64,000 nt of DNA from Acidilobaceae archaeon. GTDB lineage: Archaea; Thermoproteota; Thermoprotei_A; Sulfolobales; Acidilobaceae. The translations under genes and the position numbers were made by a program. A model generated the notes under the pieces. The model saw nothing but the letters and a program-made list of their open reading frames with translations. It was not told the DNA's origin and searched no databases. The stretch is from the NCBI GenBank assembly GCA_038897215.1, contig JAWAWX010000001.1, positions 192,001 to 256,000 on the forward strand. The letters run 5' to 3'. Below, piece after piece: positions 1 to 9,301 of this stretch (positions are counted from its first letter, which is position 1; every line of letters begins with the position of its first letter).

Positions 1-467
1 TGGCCCCCACTGAGCTCTCCAGGCCTCCTCCCCCTGACTCTCGAGAGGGAGAGCTTGTCTGTCGCGCTCTCCACGTCAGACATAGTTCTAGACTCGAAGC
101 TGAGCCAGAGAGACTCTATGGGGGCTCGCGAGAGGCTCTCGCCGGGGTTACCGGACCTCCCGATAGCTATGTTCTCGTCTACCAGGAGGTTCTGCATAAG
201 CCGAGGGATCTGGAAGCCTCTCACCAGCCCGAGCTTGTGTCTCTCGTGTAGAGGCATCCTAGTGATATCTGTCTTCTCGAAGACTACTCTGCCGGAGTCA
301 GGCTCTATGAGCCCACTGATTATATTCAAGAGAGTAGTCTTACCGCTACCATTAGGCCCTATGAGTAGAGTCATCTTGCCCCTAGGGACTCTAATAGACA
401 CTCCCTTGAGAGCCACGAGAGCTCCGAACTTCTTCCAGACGTTCTCCACCTCTAGTATAGCGTCCAC
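1..467 (-). CDS. Branched-chain amino acid ABC transporter ATP-binding protein (LivG-like), truncated by the window edge
   Basis: Not in the ORF track. Hand translation from GTG at 467: MDAILEVENVWKKFGALVALKGVS...LIGPNGSGKTT (Walker A)...RGFQIPRL...ELSGG (signature). Confidence 0.9.
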   Translation of the reverse strand, partial: MDAILEVENVWKKFGALVALKGVSIRVPRGKMTLLIGPNGSGKTTLLNIISGLIEPDSGRVVFEKTDITRMPLHERHKLGLVRGFQIPRLMQNLLVDENIAIGRSGNPGESLSRAPIESLWLSFESRTMSDVESATDKLSLSRVRGRRPGELSGG

Positions 468-605
468 TCCACGACCCCATCGAATTTACGGTATCTGCTC
501 TTTAGCACCACTATAAAGGGAGAAGCTATAAGTGTTAATGACCGGCTCGGAGATAAGGGGAAAAAGAGGCCATGGGGAGGAGAGGCTGAGAGAGGCTCCT
601 CTCCT

Positions 606-2039
606 TCATCTCCTTCTGAGCACTATGTATCCTGCGGCGGCGACCGCGACTATCGCTATCACGACTGCTGCTAGAAGAACCGGCGAGACTCCTGGAGCCG
701 CCACGTTAGCCTCTATAGTCTTGAACACTGTCTCCGCTAGAGCCGGGAATCCTGGGCTCTTCGGGTCGTAGGCGTACATCTCTAAGACCTTGACGCCCAG
801 CTCCTCAGCTCTTCTAGCTGTGTAGTCTGCCAGCATCCTCCCCCAGTAGTCGTTCCGGTAGACTATCACTACCTGCTTTACCTTATCGTCTGCAATCATT
901 CTAGCTATGGCTAAGCACTGGTAGTCGTCGGGCGGCGGGAACCTGTATATCGTGTCTTCGAACTTGAGCGCTGGTGAGGTGCTCGACGGGCTTATGACTA
1001 CGGACCTGCTTCCTCCAAGTATCAGGTCTCTCACTTTAGCTAGCTCGCTACTAGCCATCGGTCCAGCGAAGACCCTGATCCCTTTAGCGTAGAGAGCGCT
1101 ATAGGCGTCTTTAGCCTTCTCGGGGTCTGTTCCAGTGTCTCTCAGCTCGTAGGTGAACCTGAACTTGAACCCGTTCTGTGTGAGCCACGCGTTCAGGTCC
1201 TCTATAGCGATCTTGACGGCCTCCACGTTGGCTTTGCCGAAGGACGCTAGGCCTCCTGTCAGCGGGTAGAGGAGTCCGATAGTCACTGTTACAGTCGTGG
1301 GCGGCTCTTTCCTCACCAGTTGCCTCAGCTTCGCTGCATCCACGCTGGGCATAGGTCTACCAGCGGGCCTCGTGGCCAGCGGGTCTGCCTCGTACTTCTT
1401 TATCGTGTCTGTCTCCATGTCCCATAGAGCTTTCAGAGTCCAGTCGTACTTGCCGTCTTTCTTGGTTACCCCGAATATGCCGTAGTCTGTTCCAACCCTG
1501 TCCCCGTATCGGTCGAGGACGATCTTGCCCGAGGCTCCGTAGTAGATCTTGATGATCTCCGGTATAAGCGCGGCTATCGTGTCGACGTCGGCGTCAGTAG
1601 CTCCCCCCGCGGCCACCACCGCCAGGCCTAGGACCCATATCGCGTCGTAGCTGTTGAACGCGTAGCTGTCGGGAGCGTAGCCGACAGCGTCTCTCACGCT
1701 CCAGTAGATTCTCCTCACTAGCTCTATGTTCTCCAGGCTTAGAGATATAGTGGCTCTGAAGTTAGTCCTAACCGCTAGGTCTGCTGCTCTCTCGCTAGCC
1801 ACTAGTTTCTCGCTCAGAGCCAGGCCGTCTGTGCCGTACCATCTTATCTTGAACGCTATAGGGTACTTGATGGCTTCCGTCATGAAGTCCACTCCTTCCT
1901 CGAAGCTCACTAGAACTAGTCCTGTTTCTTCAGCTGTAGGCTTATCTTGCGCTATCGCTATAGTCGAGTAGGCGTACGCGAGAACTAAGGCTACGAGTAG
2001 TAGAGCTAGAGCCTTTCTCTTCATCGCTATTTCACCCAC
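606..2039 (-). CDS. ABC transporter substrate-binding protein (LivJ/type I PBP family), circularly permuted, with signal peptide and C-terminal membrane anchor
   Basis: IGLLYPLTG, DTGTDP, ISPSSTSP and YDAIWVL...GASG.I.LD..GDR motifs are present but the two halves are swapped. Lies next to the LivG-like gene. Confidence 0.85.
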   Translation of the reverse strand: MGEIAMKRKALALLLVALVLAYAYSTIAIAQDKPTAEETGLVLVSFEEGVDFMTEAIKYPIAFKIRWYGTDGLALSEKLVASERAADLAVRTNFRATISLSLENIELVRRIYWSVRDAVGYAPDSYAFNSYDAIWVLGLAVVAAGGATDADVDTIAALIPEIIKIYYGASGKIVLDRYGDRVGTDYGIFGVTKKDGKYDWTLKALWDMETDTIKKYEADPLATRPAGRPMPSVDAAKLRQLVRKEPPTTVTVTIGLLYPLTGGLASFGKANVEAVKIAIEDLNAWLTQNGFKFRFTYELRDTGTDPEKAKDAYSALYAKGIRVFAGPMASSELAKVRDLILGGSRSVVISPSSTSPALKFEDTIYRFPPPDDYQCLAIARMIADDKVKQVVIVYRNDYWGRMLADYTARRAEELGVKVLEMYAYDPKSPGFPALAETVFKTIEANVAAPGVSPVLLAAVVIAIVAVAAAGYIVLRRR

Positions 2040-2108
2040 TCTAGACTAACTGGTTTCTAGTGCTACTCTTGCAGAAGCTTATAAGCTTTAAAGAGGGGAT
2101 TATTAGGA

Positions 2109-2166
2109 GGCGATGAGAGGCGCTGGGTTGGCTGAGATCGTGATGTGTTCACGAACCACTCGAGCC
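2109..2166 (+). ncRNA. Box C/D sRNA candidate with variant boxes
   Basis: GGC stem; C ATGAGAG 2113-2119; 12-nt guide; D' CTGA 2132-2135; C' GTGATGT 2140-2146; 13-nt guide; D TCGA 2160-2163; GCC stem. TTTAAA lies about 20 nt upstream. Confidence 0.75.
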
Positions 2167-2180
2167 CTGCTTCTCCCGTG

Positions 2181-3308
2181 CTACCCCAAGAGGCTAGACG
2201 CGAGAGAAGCGAGGGCTCTCGTGTTCAGCAAGCCGAGAGCTCCGCGACTCCTCAGAATCCTGGTAGCGACAGCTACTAGATTCTCGCCGTGTCTATCGTA
2301 GTCTAGTCTCATCAGCTCCCCTTCCAGAGCTCTCTCCAGAGCTCTCAAAGCCTCCTCGACGAGCACTGGGTTTTCGTGAGCGAGCCTAGCTATGGGCGCG
2401 AGTACTCTCATCTCTCTAGCTACGTGAGCAACCGAAGCTTCAACGGACTCCACGAGACTCCCCCCTCTTCTAATCAACCGCCCAGCGATCTCGGCTGCTA
2501 GAGCGTTCGGATAGAGCCCTCCGCCTGTTAGAGGCTTGTTTAGCGCGGCCGCGTCGCCCACGACTAGCACTCTTCCAGCTCTAATCCTGGAGGAGGGAGG
2601 TCCGAGGACTACTGTTCCACCATAGGTGGCTCTAGGCTCTCCTAGCGCGAGCTCTCTCTCGAGTCTATCGAGAAGCCTTGTGGCTACTCTCTTCTCGCGA
2701 GCTCCAAGCCCTAGAGTGGTCTCGCTCCCTCTCGGAATCCTCCAAGCGAAGAACCCGTGGGGGTACCGTTCTCCCAGATAGACTTCGATAGCTCTTCCTC
2801 TCGCGGGAACCAGGTAGTCTCTGTTGACTCCGTAGACTACTCTAGGCTCGTGCGTTAATCCCAGAGCTCTCCTGAGAGCCCCCATGTACCCCTCTGCTAG
2901 CAGGACTAGGTCGTAGCTCTCCCAGGAGCCTCTAGCTTTGACCGACCCGTCGGCAGACACTCTATCAACTCTTGAGTTCAGCTCGATTCTAGCGCCTAGC
3001 CTCTCGGCTTTCTCCAAGAGCTTCTCTTCTAGCGCTCGCCTATCGAGTCTCGCGACTCCCCCCTCAACTAGCACTGTCACGCTAGACGCTCTCCCCACTA
3101 GCCTCACGAGCTCGTACACGTTCTCCACGCTACTCAAGGCAGGGTCGCCGATTAGCCTCACAGTCCTCATAGAGACTAGCCCAGTGCAGTGTCTAGGAAC
3201 ACCCACAGCGCTGTGCTCCTCGTAGACCGTCACGCGAACCCCGGCTTCGGCTAGCTTTACGGCGAAGATGAGCCCAGCGAACCCTCCCCCCACGATAGCA
3301 ACCTTCAA
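2181..3308 (-). CDS. Geranylgeranyl reductase-family FAD-dependent oxidoreductase
   Basis: GGGFAG Rossmann motif, PRHCTG, FAWRIP, VGDAA...PLTGGG. Confidence 0.8.
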   Translation of the reverse strand: MKVAIVGGGFAGLIFAVKLAEAGVRVTVYEEHSAVGVPRHCTGLVSMRTVRLIGDPALSSVENVYELVRLVGRASSVTVLVEGGVARLDRRALEEKLLEKAERLGARIELNSRVDRVSADGSVKARGSWESYDLVLLAEGYMGALRRALGLTHEPRVVYGVNRDYLVPARGRAIEVYLGERYPHGFFAWRIPRGSETTLGLGAREKRVATRLLDRLERELALGEPRATYGGTVVLGPPSSRIRAGRVLVVGDAAALNKPLTGGGLYPNALAAEIAGRLIRRGGSLVESVEASVAHVAREMRVLAPIARLAHENPVLVEEALRALERALEGELMRLDYDRHGENLVAVATRILRSRGALGLLNTRALASLASSLLG

Positions 3309-3554
3309 GGAGCACTCCTCCAGAAGAGTCTCGGAGAAGCGGGAGCACTGTTATCTAAAAAGCTCTCACTAGCCCCCCTCTCTAGCAGATTCCGGCTTTG
3401 CTCACGTATCTCGACGATACCCACGGTAGGCTATGCTGCTTAAGTGATCTCAGAGCGTGAAAGCTGTCTACGAGCGTAGATCGAGGAGCGGCTAGAGTCT
3501 TGAGGTAGACTCTTTTTTAGCGCTCGAGTCTTCTACGCGTAAGACTGGAGACGC

Positions 3555-4316
3555 GTGTTGAGATTCCACCTAGCTTACTCTAAGGCTTCTAAGTTCAAGT
3601 ACGTCACTCTAGCTTTATCCAAGATCAGCGATGAGTGTAATCTAAGTGTTACAGAGGATGGAGTCACGTTCTGGATGATGAGCCCCGATAAGACGATCAT
3701 GGCTGTAGTCTCGATACCCCCGCTATCGCTCGACGCTTTCGAGGTAGACGAGCCAGTAAGGCTCGTCGTGAGAACAGAGGATTTACACAGGGTAGCGAAG
3801 AGAGCGGGGAGGAACGATGTGCTAGAGCTAGAGCTACCAGAGGGGGAGACGGGCTTCGTGTCATCGAGGCTCGTCGATAAGAAGACGGGGATGCAGCGGT
3901 CCTTCGAGATCCCAGTGCTCTCGACTAGCGGGGCCGAGTACAGAGAGCCCAGGATCAGCACTACGGCTAGGTTCACGATGAACTCCAAGGACTTCAAGCT
4001 GCTATCGCAGGACGTCAAGGTAGTAGGAGACACTCTAGCGGTGAGAGCAGTCTCCGGAGAGGTCAGAGTGACTGCTAGAGGCGAGAACAAGCTCTACGAG
4101 TGGGTCCTCAAGCCCGGAGACCCCCTCATAGACCTAGACGTCGAGGAGCCCTCCGAGTCTCTCTACTCGAGGTCATCGATAGACATAGCGGTGAAGCCTG
4201 CTGGAGCAGCTGAGACGGTTAGATTCGAGTTCGCCACAAACTACCCGGCCAGGCTGACATTCAACCTGCCTGGCGGAGAAAAGATGATGATACTTGTGGC
4301 TCCCATCGTCGAGTAG
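3555..4316 (+). CDS. pcn: DNA polymerase sliding clamp PCNA (one of the crenarchaeal paralogs)
   Basis: 253 aa; MSPDKTIM, V.FEFATNYP.RL.F and C-terminal LVAP motifs typical of PCNA. Confidence 0.88.
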   Translation: MLRFHLAYSKASKFKYVTLALSKISDECNLSVTEDGVTFWMMSPDKTIMAVVSIPPLSLDAFEVDEPVRLVVRTEDLHRVAKRAGRNDVLELELPEGETGFVSSRLVDKKTGMQRSFEIPVLSTSGAEYREPRISTTARFTMNSKDFKLLSQDVKVVGDTLAVRAVSGEVRVTARGENKLYEWVLKPGDPLIDLDVEEPSESLYSRSSIDIAVKPAGAAETVRFEFATNYPARLTFNLPGGEKMMILVAPIVE

Positions 4317-4318
4317 CG

Positions 4319-4867
4319 GTGAGAGCCACGAAGCTGGTAGCTATAGCGGCTCACAGCGGGAGCTACGACGAGAGTCTAGAGGAGGCAGCTAGGAGGCTAG
4401 TCGCGTCTCTCACTACACACTGCGGAGACGTAGCGCTACTCCTAGGCGGGTATTGGGGCTTAATGAAGGTAGTGGCAGACGAGGCTCTATCGCGAGGCCT
4501 CACAGTCGTAATCCTGCCCCCGCTAGAGAGAGAGCACGAGAGCTTCCCTGAGAAAGCGATAGTCGTAAGGACGGGGGTCAGCTATAGAGTCAGGAGCGTC
4601 TTCCTAGCGAGGAGCTGCGACGCTATGGTGGCTCTAGGGGGAGCAGCTGGGGTCATCCAGGAGGCTGTAACAGCGTACACCGAGAGCAAGACAGTCTTCC
4701 TCCTCAAGAGCGGCCTAGATAGCGATAAGCTTGAAGCACTAGCCCCCTACCTAGACTACAGGAGGCTCGCCCCCATACTAGTCTACAGTGACCCCGAGAG
4801 CCTAGCCAGAGACCTCTGCGCGTACCTCTCTAGCCGTGACCAATCAGTAGTAACGGAACACGGCTAA
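4319..4867 (+). CDS. LOG/TIGR00725-family nucleotide-binding protein
   Basis: GGYWGLM, RSVFLARSCDAMVALGGAAG..QE. Confidence 0.8.
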   Translation: MRATKLVAIAAHSGSYDESLEEAARRLVASLTTHCGDVALLLGGYWGLMKVVADEALSRGLTVVILPPLEREHESFPEKAIVVRTGVSYRVRSVFLARSCDAMVALGGAAGVIQEAVTAYTESKTVFLLKSGLDSDKLEALAPYLDYRRLAPILVYSDPESLARDLCAYLSSRDQSVVTEHG

Positions 4868-4972
4868 AACTCCATACAACTTTCTAGATTCTCAACGATC
4901 TAGACGTACGTCTTCATGATTAACTTTTTAAATTTCGACAACACTTGAGAAGTCTAAGGGTGGTCTCCCCCC

Positions 4973-6679
4973 ATGACTGCCGAGACTGTAAGCGATACCT
5001 CGGCAAACCCTGCTCCTAGCCTCCTCTCGGGAGAACTCCTCAAGCTCTTAGGCGAGGGGGAGAAGCCTGTCAAAACCACTCTGAGCTTATGTCCTGAGTG
5101 TCGCAGACTTGTCTTAGCGCTTATACTCGAGCGTGAGGGGAGACTCTACATAAGGAAAGAGTGCCCGGTTCACGGCATCGAAGAGGATGTCTACTTTGGA
5201 GACGCGAGTATCTACGCTAAATTCATGAGGTTCCAGGAGAGGGGAAAGAGAGTCCTAGCAGAGGAGCACAGCGCAGAAGCTAGTGAGCTATGTCCCTTTA
5301 GTTGCGGACTCTGCTCGCTTCATGAAAACGCTCCAGCTTTAGTCAACATAGTGGTCACTAACCGTTGCGACCTCTCATGCTGGTACTGCTTCTTCTACAT
5401 GGAGAGAGCCGGCTATCTATACGAGCCGAGTATTGAGGAGATAGAGTTCATGGCTGAACGCGTAGGGAAGCAGAAGTACCCTGCTGGAGTCCAGCTCACT
5501 GGAGGAGAGCCTCTTCTGAGAGAAGACTTGGTCGAGATTGTTAGAGCGATCAGAGACAAGGGTGTTCCATACGTTCAGCTCAACACGAATGGGATTAGGT
5601 TAGCAGTCATGTTCTTAGAGAATGAGGAAAAGGCAGTGAATTACGCTAAGAGTCTAGCTGAAGCTGGGGTCTCAGCTATCTACATGAGCTTCGATGGAGT
5701 CACTCCGGAGACTAACTGGAAGAATCACTACGAGGCTCCATTCGCTCTCGAAGCTTTCAGAAGAGCCGAGCTCAACGTGGTTCTAGTCCCTACACTCTTG
5801 AGGGGAGTCAATGACCACGAGCTAGGAGACATGATCAGATTCGCTGGCAAACACATCGAGGTAGTAAGGGGGGTCAACGTCCAGCCCGTGAGCTTCACTG
5901 GGAGAGCTAGTAGAGCAGAAAGGGAGAGATACAGGATCACCATACCTGATGTAATGAGAGCTGTTGAGGATCAAACAAGTGGAGAGATACCTAGAAAGTC
6001 GTGGTTCCCCGTCCCTATCGTGGCTAAGCTAACGAGACTCATGGACTTCATCCTAGGCGGAGACTACCTAGCCTGGGCTAACCACCCTGTCTGTGGAGCA
6101 GCCACATTCGCTATCGTAGCTGAGAGAGATGAGAACCACGTACCAAGGAGATTCATAGCTCTCACTGACTTTTTCGACGTAGAAGGGTTCATAGAGTATG
6201 TGGATGAGCTAAGAATAGAGGTCGAGAAGAGGGGGGGAGCAACACTTCTAGATAAAGCCAGACTACTCGCCAGTATTCGTAGATTCGTTGACGCTAGCAA
6301 GCTACCTAGAGACATCAAGCCCGCGCGCCTGCTAGCTAAGTTCCTGCTAGGAGCCAATATAGAGGCTGTGAAAGAGTTCTTGAAGCACAGTCTTCTAATT
6401 GGAGCAATGCACTTCATGGACCTCTACAACTACGACGTGGAGAGAGTGAAAAAATGCAATATCCTCTACGCTCTCCCAGACGGGAGGCTAGTACCGTTCT
6501 GCGCCTTCAACGTGCTCCCAGACCGCTATAGGGAGGAGGTGCAGAGAAGGTTCTCGAAGCCAGTCACAAAAGCCAGCACCAGGGAGGTCTTCAAATACGA
6601 TAGAGGCAAGTACATAGAGTCGATATTGAAGCACCCTATCTACTTGAGCTACTATCGCGGGATACTGTCCGGTCTCTGA
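4973..6679 (+). CDS. tes: Radical SAM tetraether lipid synthase (Tes/GDGT-MAS, MJ0619 family)
   Basis: N-terminal CPEC...CPVH metal site, CPFSCGLC, radical SAM CDLSCWYC, HPVCG, MHFMDLYNYD, CNILY..PDGRLVPFC. Confidence 0.8.
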   Translation: MTAETVSDTSANPAPSLLSGELLKLLGEGEKPVKTTLSLCPECRRLVLALILEREGRLYIRKECPVHGIEEDVYFGDASIYAKFMRFQERGKRVLAEEHSAEASELCPFSCGLCSLHENAPALVNIVVTNRCDLSCWYCFFYMERAGYLYEPSIEEIEFMAERVGKQKYPAGVQLTGGEPLLREDLVEIVRAIRDKGVPYVQLNTNGIRLAVMFLENEEKAVNYAKSLAEAGVSAIYMSFDGVTPETNWKNHYEAPFALEAFRRAELNVVLVPTLLRGVNDHELGDMIRFAGKHIEVVRGVNVQPVSFTGRASRAERERYRITIPDVMRAVEDQTSGEIPRKSWFPVPIVAKLTRLMDFILGGDYLAWANHPVCGAATFAIVAERDENHVPRRFIALTDFFDVEGFIEYVDELRIEVEKRGGATLLDKARLLASIRRFVDASKLPRDIKPARLLAKFLLGANIEAVKEFLKHSLLIGAMHFMDLYNYDVERVKKCNILYALPDGRLVPFCAFNVLPDRYREEVQRRFSKPVTKASTREVFKYDRGKYIESILKHPIYLSYYRGILSGL

Positions 6680-7316
6680 ACTCTCGAAGAGCCATCCTTA
6701 CAGCGAATAGCGCTAGGAAGGCGGCGAGCAGTAGCAGGAGAGCAGCGTAGACCCTGTAGTCTATGGAGCCGGCCGCGCTCCCTACTGCTGCGAGGAAAGC
6801 GAGCCAGGCGAAGTCTATGGATACGTGTACAACGTACATGGCGGCGAGCCCAGCGTAGCCTAGTCTACGCGACTCGGCTATGAGAGGGTAGCCCACGGTG
6901 ACCCACCATAGGAGGAAGTGAGCGTTGAGCCCTGTTAGAGCTAGCCCCGCTACTAGAGCCTCGGTGAGCTTCACGCTTCTAACGCCAGCGTCTACCTCGA
7001 GAGCTCCCGTAGAGTAGACGTCGAGAGCGCTGGATGCCAGCAGGTAGGCGAAGTAGAGCATGAAGATGATAGCAGCAACAGTCATGTACGGCCTGAGTCT
7101 CCTGATACCGCTCTCCACACTCTCTAATGTCTTGTAGAGGAGGACTACGTAGGGTAGCTCGAAGAGAGCGTGGCCCACAGCTACAGCAACCCCCCCGGCT
7201 ACGCCGAGGCTGGCTCCAGACGCTAGAGCAGACGCTGAGAGAGGGCCCGGAGCCAGGGCTCCAGTAGGCGTTATGGCTAGAGTTAACAGTAGCAAAGCCA
7301 GCAGCTCTCTAGCCAT
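6636..7316 (-). CDS. LysE-family translocator
   Basis: GALAPGP, GHALFE, N.HFLLWW; multi-TM. Confidence 0.85.
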   Translation of the reverse strand: MARELLALLLLTLAITPTGALAPGPLSASALASGASLGVAGGVAVAVGHALFELPYVVLLYKTLESVESGIRRLRPYMTVAAIIFMLYFAYLLASSALDVYSTGALEVDAGVRSVKLTEALVAGLALTGLNAHFLLWWVTVGYPLIAESRRLGYAGLAAMYVVHVSIDFAWLAFLAAVGSAAGSIDYRVYAALLLLLAAFLALFAVRMALREFRDRTVSRDSSSSR

Positions 7317-7483
7317 TCCTCCAACCTGCCTGAAGCAGGAGAAGATAGCGCCTATTAAGTGCTATTATTGGAAAGCCGTGAATCTAAGACTCGAGGTCTC
7401 GCCACTACACGCTCACAGTGCTTCTCAACAACTGTAGCTCGACGGAGGATGGAGGCGACTGGCGGCAGTCGAGAGTAGAGCCT

Positions 7484-8155
7484 CTAGAACGGGGGGTTGT
7501 AGAAGACCAGGTAGTACGAGCCGATTAGTATCACGAGAGCTAAGAGTAGCGCTCTAGCTAGGAGCACTGTCCTCAGGTTTAGCGAGAGATGCTCGGCTAA
7601 TAGTGTGGGGATGAAGGCTGCGATGATTAGAGGAGACACTATTATCGCGCAGTAAATCACAACAAATAGCGCTCTAACAGTCCAAGACGCTACGTGCGAG
7701 GAGAGGAGCCCTAGGAATATCAGGTAGGGAGCGGCTGAGCACAGCATGAAGCTCCAGGATACTAGAACACCGTAGACGAGAGCCCCTCCGAGGAGCCAGA
7801 GTCCTGAGAGTCTCTGAACCCAGGCTGGGAGGCACTCTCCAACTCTGCAAGCCGCGGTCTCGCTCTTCAGAGCTTCTCGTAGATCGAGTACTAGGAGCGC
7901 GAGCGCTAGAGCTAAGACTAGCGCTAGGAGAATCCTGAAGTAGGCGAGGATAGAGCTTAAAGCTAGGCCTACTAGCACGTAGCCACAGTATACTCCCAGG
8001 ATGAAGAAGGCTGGGAGAGCGAGTCTCCTAGCTCCCCTAAAGCCTAGAGTAGACGAGTAGAGAGCTAGAACAGCTGTTGTCGAGATCGCGCATGCGTTGA
8101 GCGAGTCTATCGAAGCATAGACAACCATCAACACCAAGAGATGCGAGAGGTCCAC
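7484..8155 (-). CDS. CcdA/DsbD-like membrane thiol-redox protein
   Basis: About 6 TM helices; DSLNAC and CSAAPY resemble the two membrane cysteines of CcdA-like proteins. Confidence 0.55.
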   Translation of the reverse strand: MDLSHLLVLMVVYASIDSLNACAISTTAVLALYSSTLGFRGARRLALPAFFILGVYCGYVLVGLALSSILAYFRILLALVLALALALLVLDLREALKSETAACRVGECLPAWVQRLSGLWLLGGALVYGVLVSWSFMLCSAAPYLIFLGLLSSHVASWTVRALFVVIYCAIIVSPLIIAAFIPTLLAEHLSLNLRTVLLARALLLALVILIGSYYLVFYNPPF

Positions 8156-8213
8156 TCGAGAGCTCCCCCGCAGGGAGAGTCTATCGCTTAGGTAATATTT
8201 TAGAAGAACAGCT

Positions 8214-9122
8214 CTAAGCCGGCATGAATGCCGGAGAATCCATCGTGGCTACAGTCTTCTCAGCCTCTATCCTAGCTCTAAGATATCTAGGTACGCTGAA
8301 GATATGCTTGTGCGCTATGGAGTCGTAGAATCTGGTCTCCACGCCTAGTCTCGCTAGAGCTTCATCCACAAGCTCGGCTTCAAGAGACTCGGGGTCTTTG
8401 TAGTCAGAGGCGATCACGAAGCCCCATAGGGATTGGAAGCTGGGGACATAGACGTGATAGTATGCTGTGTGCTTAAACACGCTCCTGACGGTATTGTAGA
8501 TTATGGAGTGAGTTCTGGGAGTACTCGAGGGGCTCGTAGCCTGAGTCACGAACACTCCGTTCTCCTCCATGATCGAGCGCACTCTCTCGTAGAACTCTCT
8601 CGTATAGAGCTTGTAGGATGGACCGGCCTCCACGGGGTCTGAGAGGTCTGCTATCACTACATCGAATTTCTCGCTCGTGCTGAACACGTAGTCGAGAGCA
8701 TCACCGATCACAAGCTCTAGCCTCGGGTCTTCGAAAACACCTCTATTCATGAACTCTAGGTGCTCTCTAGACACCTTGATCACTTCCTCGTCTATGTCGA
8801 CCATGACTACTTTCTCCACGCTCCTATACTTGAGGACCTCTCTCGCGGTCGCTCCCTCTCCTCCGCCCAGGATGAGGACTCTCCTAGGGCTTCCGTGGAG
8901 CACCATTGCTGGATGCACTAGTGACTCGTGGTAGACGAACTCATCTGCTTCAGACGACTGAGTCTTACCGTCTAGCACGAGGAGCTTCCCGAAATCCTCT
9001 GTTTCAGCGACTATGATCTCCTGATATTTCGAGACCCTGTAGTCAATTATTCTCTTGAAAACCTTAACGTGAGCCAGACCCGGGGTATCCCACTCGAGGA
9101 AGATCAGATAAGGCATTCTCAC
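8214..9122 (-). CDS. speE: Polyamine aminopropyltransferase (spermidine synthase)
   Basis: LDGKTQS..DEFVYHE, LILGGGEGAT.RE, DVVIADLSDP. Confidence 0.95.
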   Translation of the reverse strand: MRMPYLIFLEWDTPGLAHVKVFKRIIDYRVSKYQEIIVAETEDFGKLLVLDGKTQSSEADEFVYHESLVHPAMVLHGSPRRVLILGGGEGATAREVLKYRSVEKVVMVDIDEEVIKVSREHLEFMNRGVFEDPRLELVIGDALDYVFSTSEKFDVVIADLSDPVEAGPSYKLYTREFYERVRSIMEENGVFVTQATSPSSTPRTHSIIYNTVRSVFKHTAYYHVYVPSFQSLWGFVIASDYKDPESLEAELVDEALARLGVETRFYDSIAHKHIFSVPRYLRARIEAEKTVATMDSPAFMPA

Positions 9123-9301
9123 AGCGAGCCACCGAGAAGCCTAGTGGGAGCGCTAGCTTCCAGCTATATGCTTTGAGCTCTCCTTCAAGCTTAGTGGCGC
9201 TAGAGCTCCAGAGAACCGGGTAGCGCTGAGTAGCTGGTCGCGGGGCTCTCGCTCTCCAGCTTTTTAGGGAGCGGTTCGCGGTCTAGGGTCTGAGGGCTCT
9301 C

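Noticed and set aside
55-516. 153-aa + strand ORF and the many Ser/Leu-rich antisense ORFs in the track
   Set aside because: These are shadow frames of well-supported genes on the opposite strand; here the real gene is the LivG-like ATPase.
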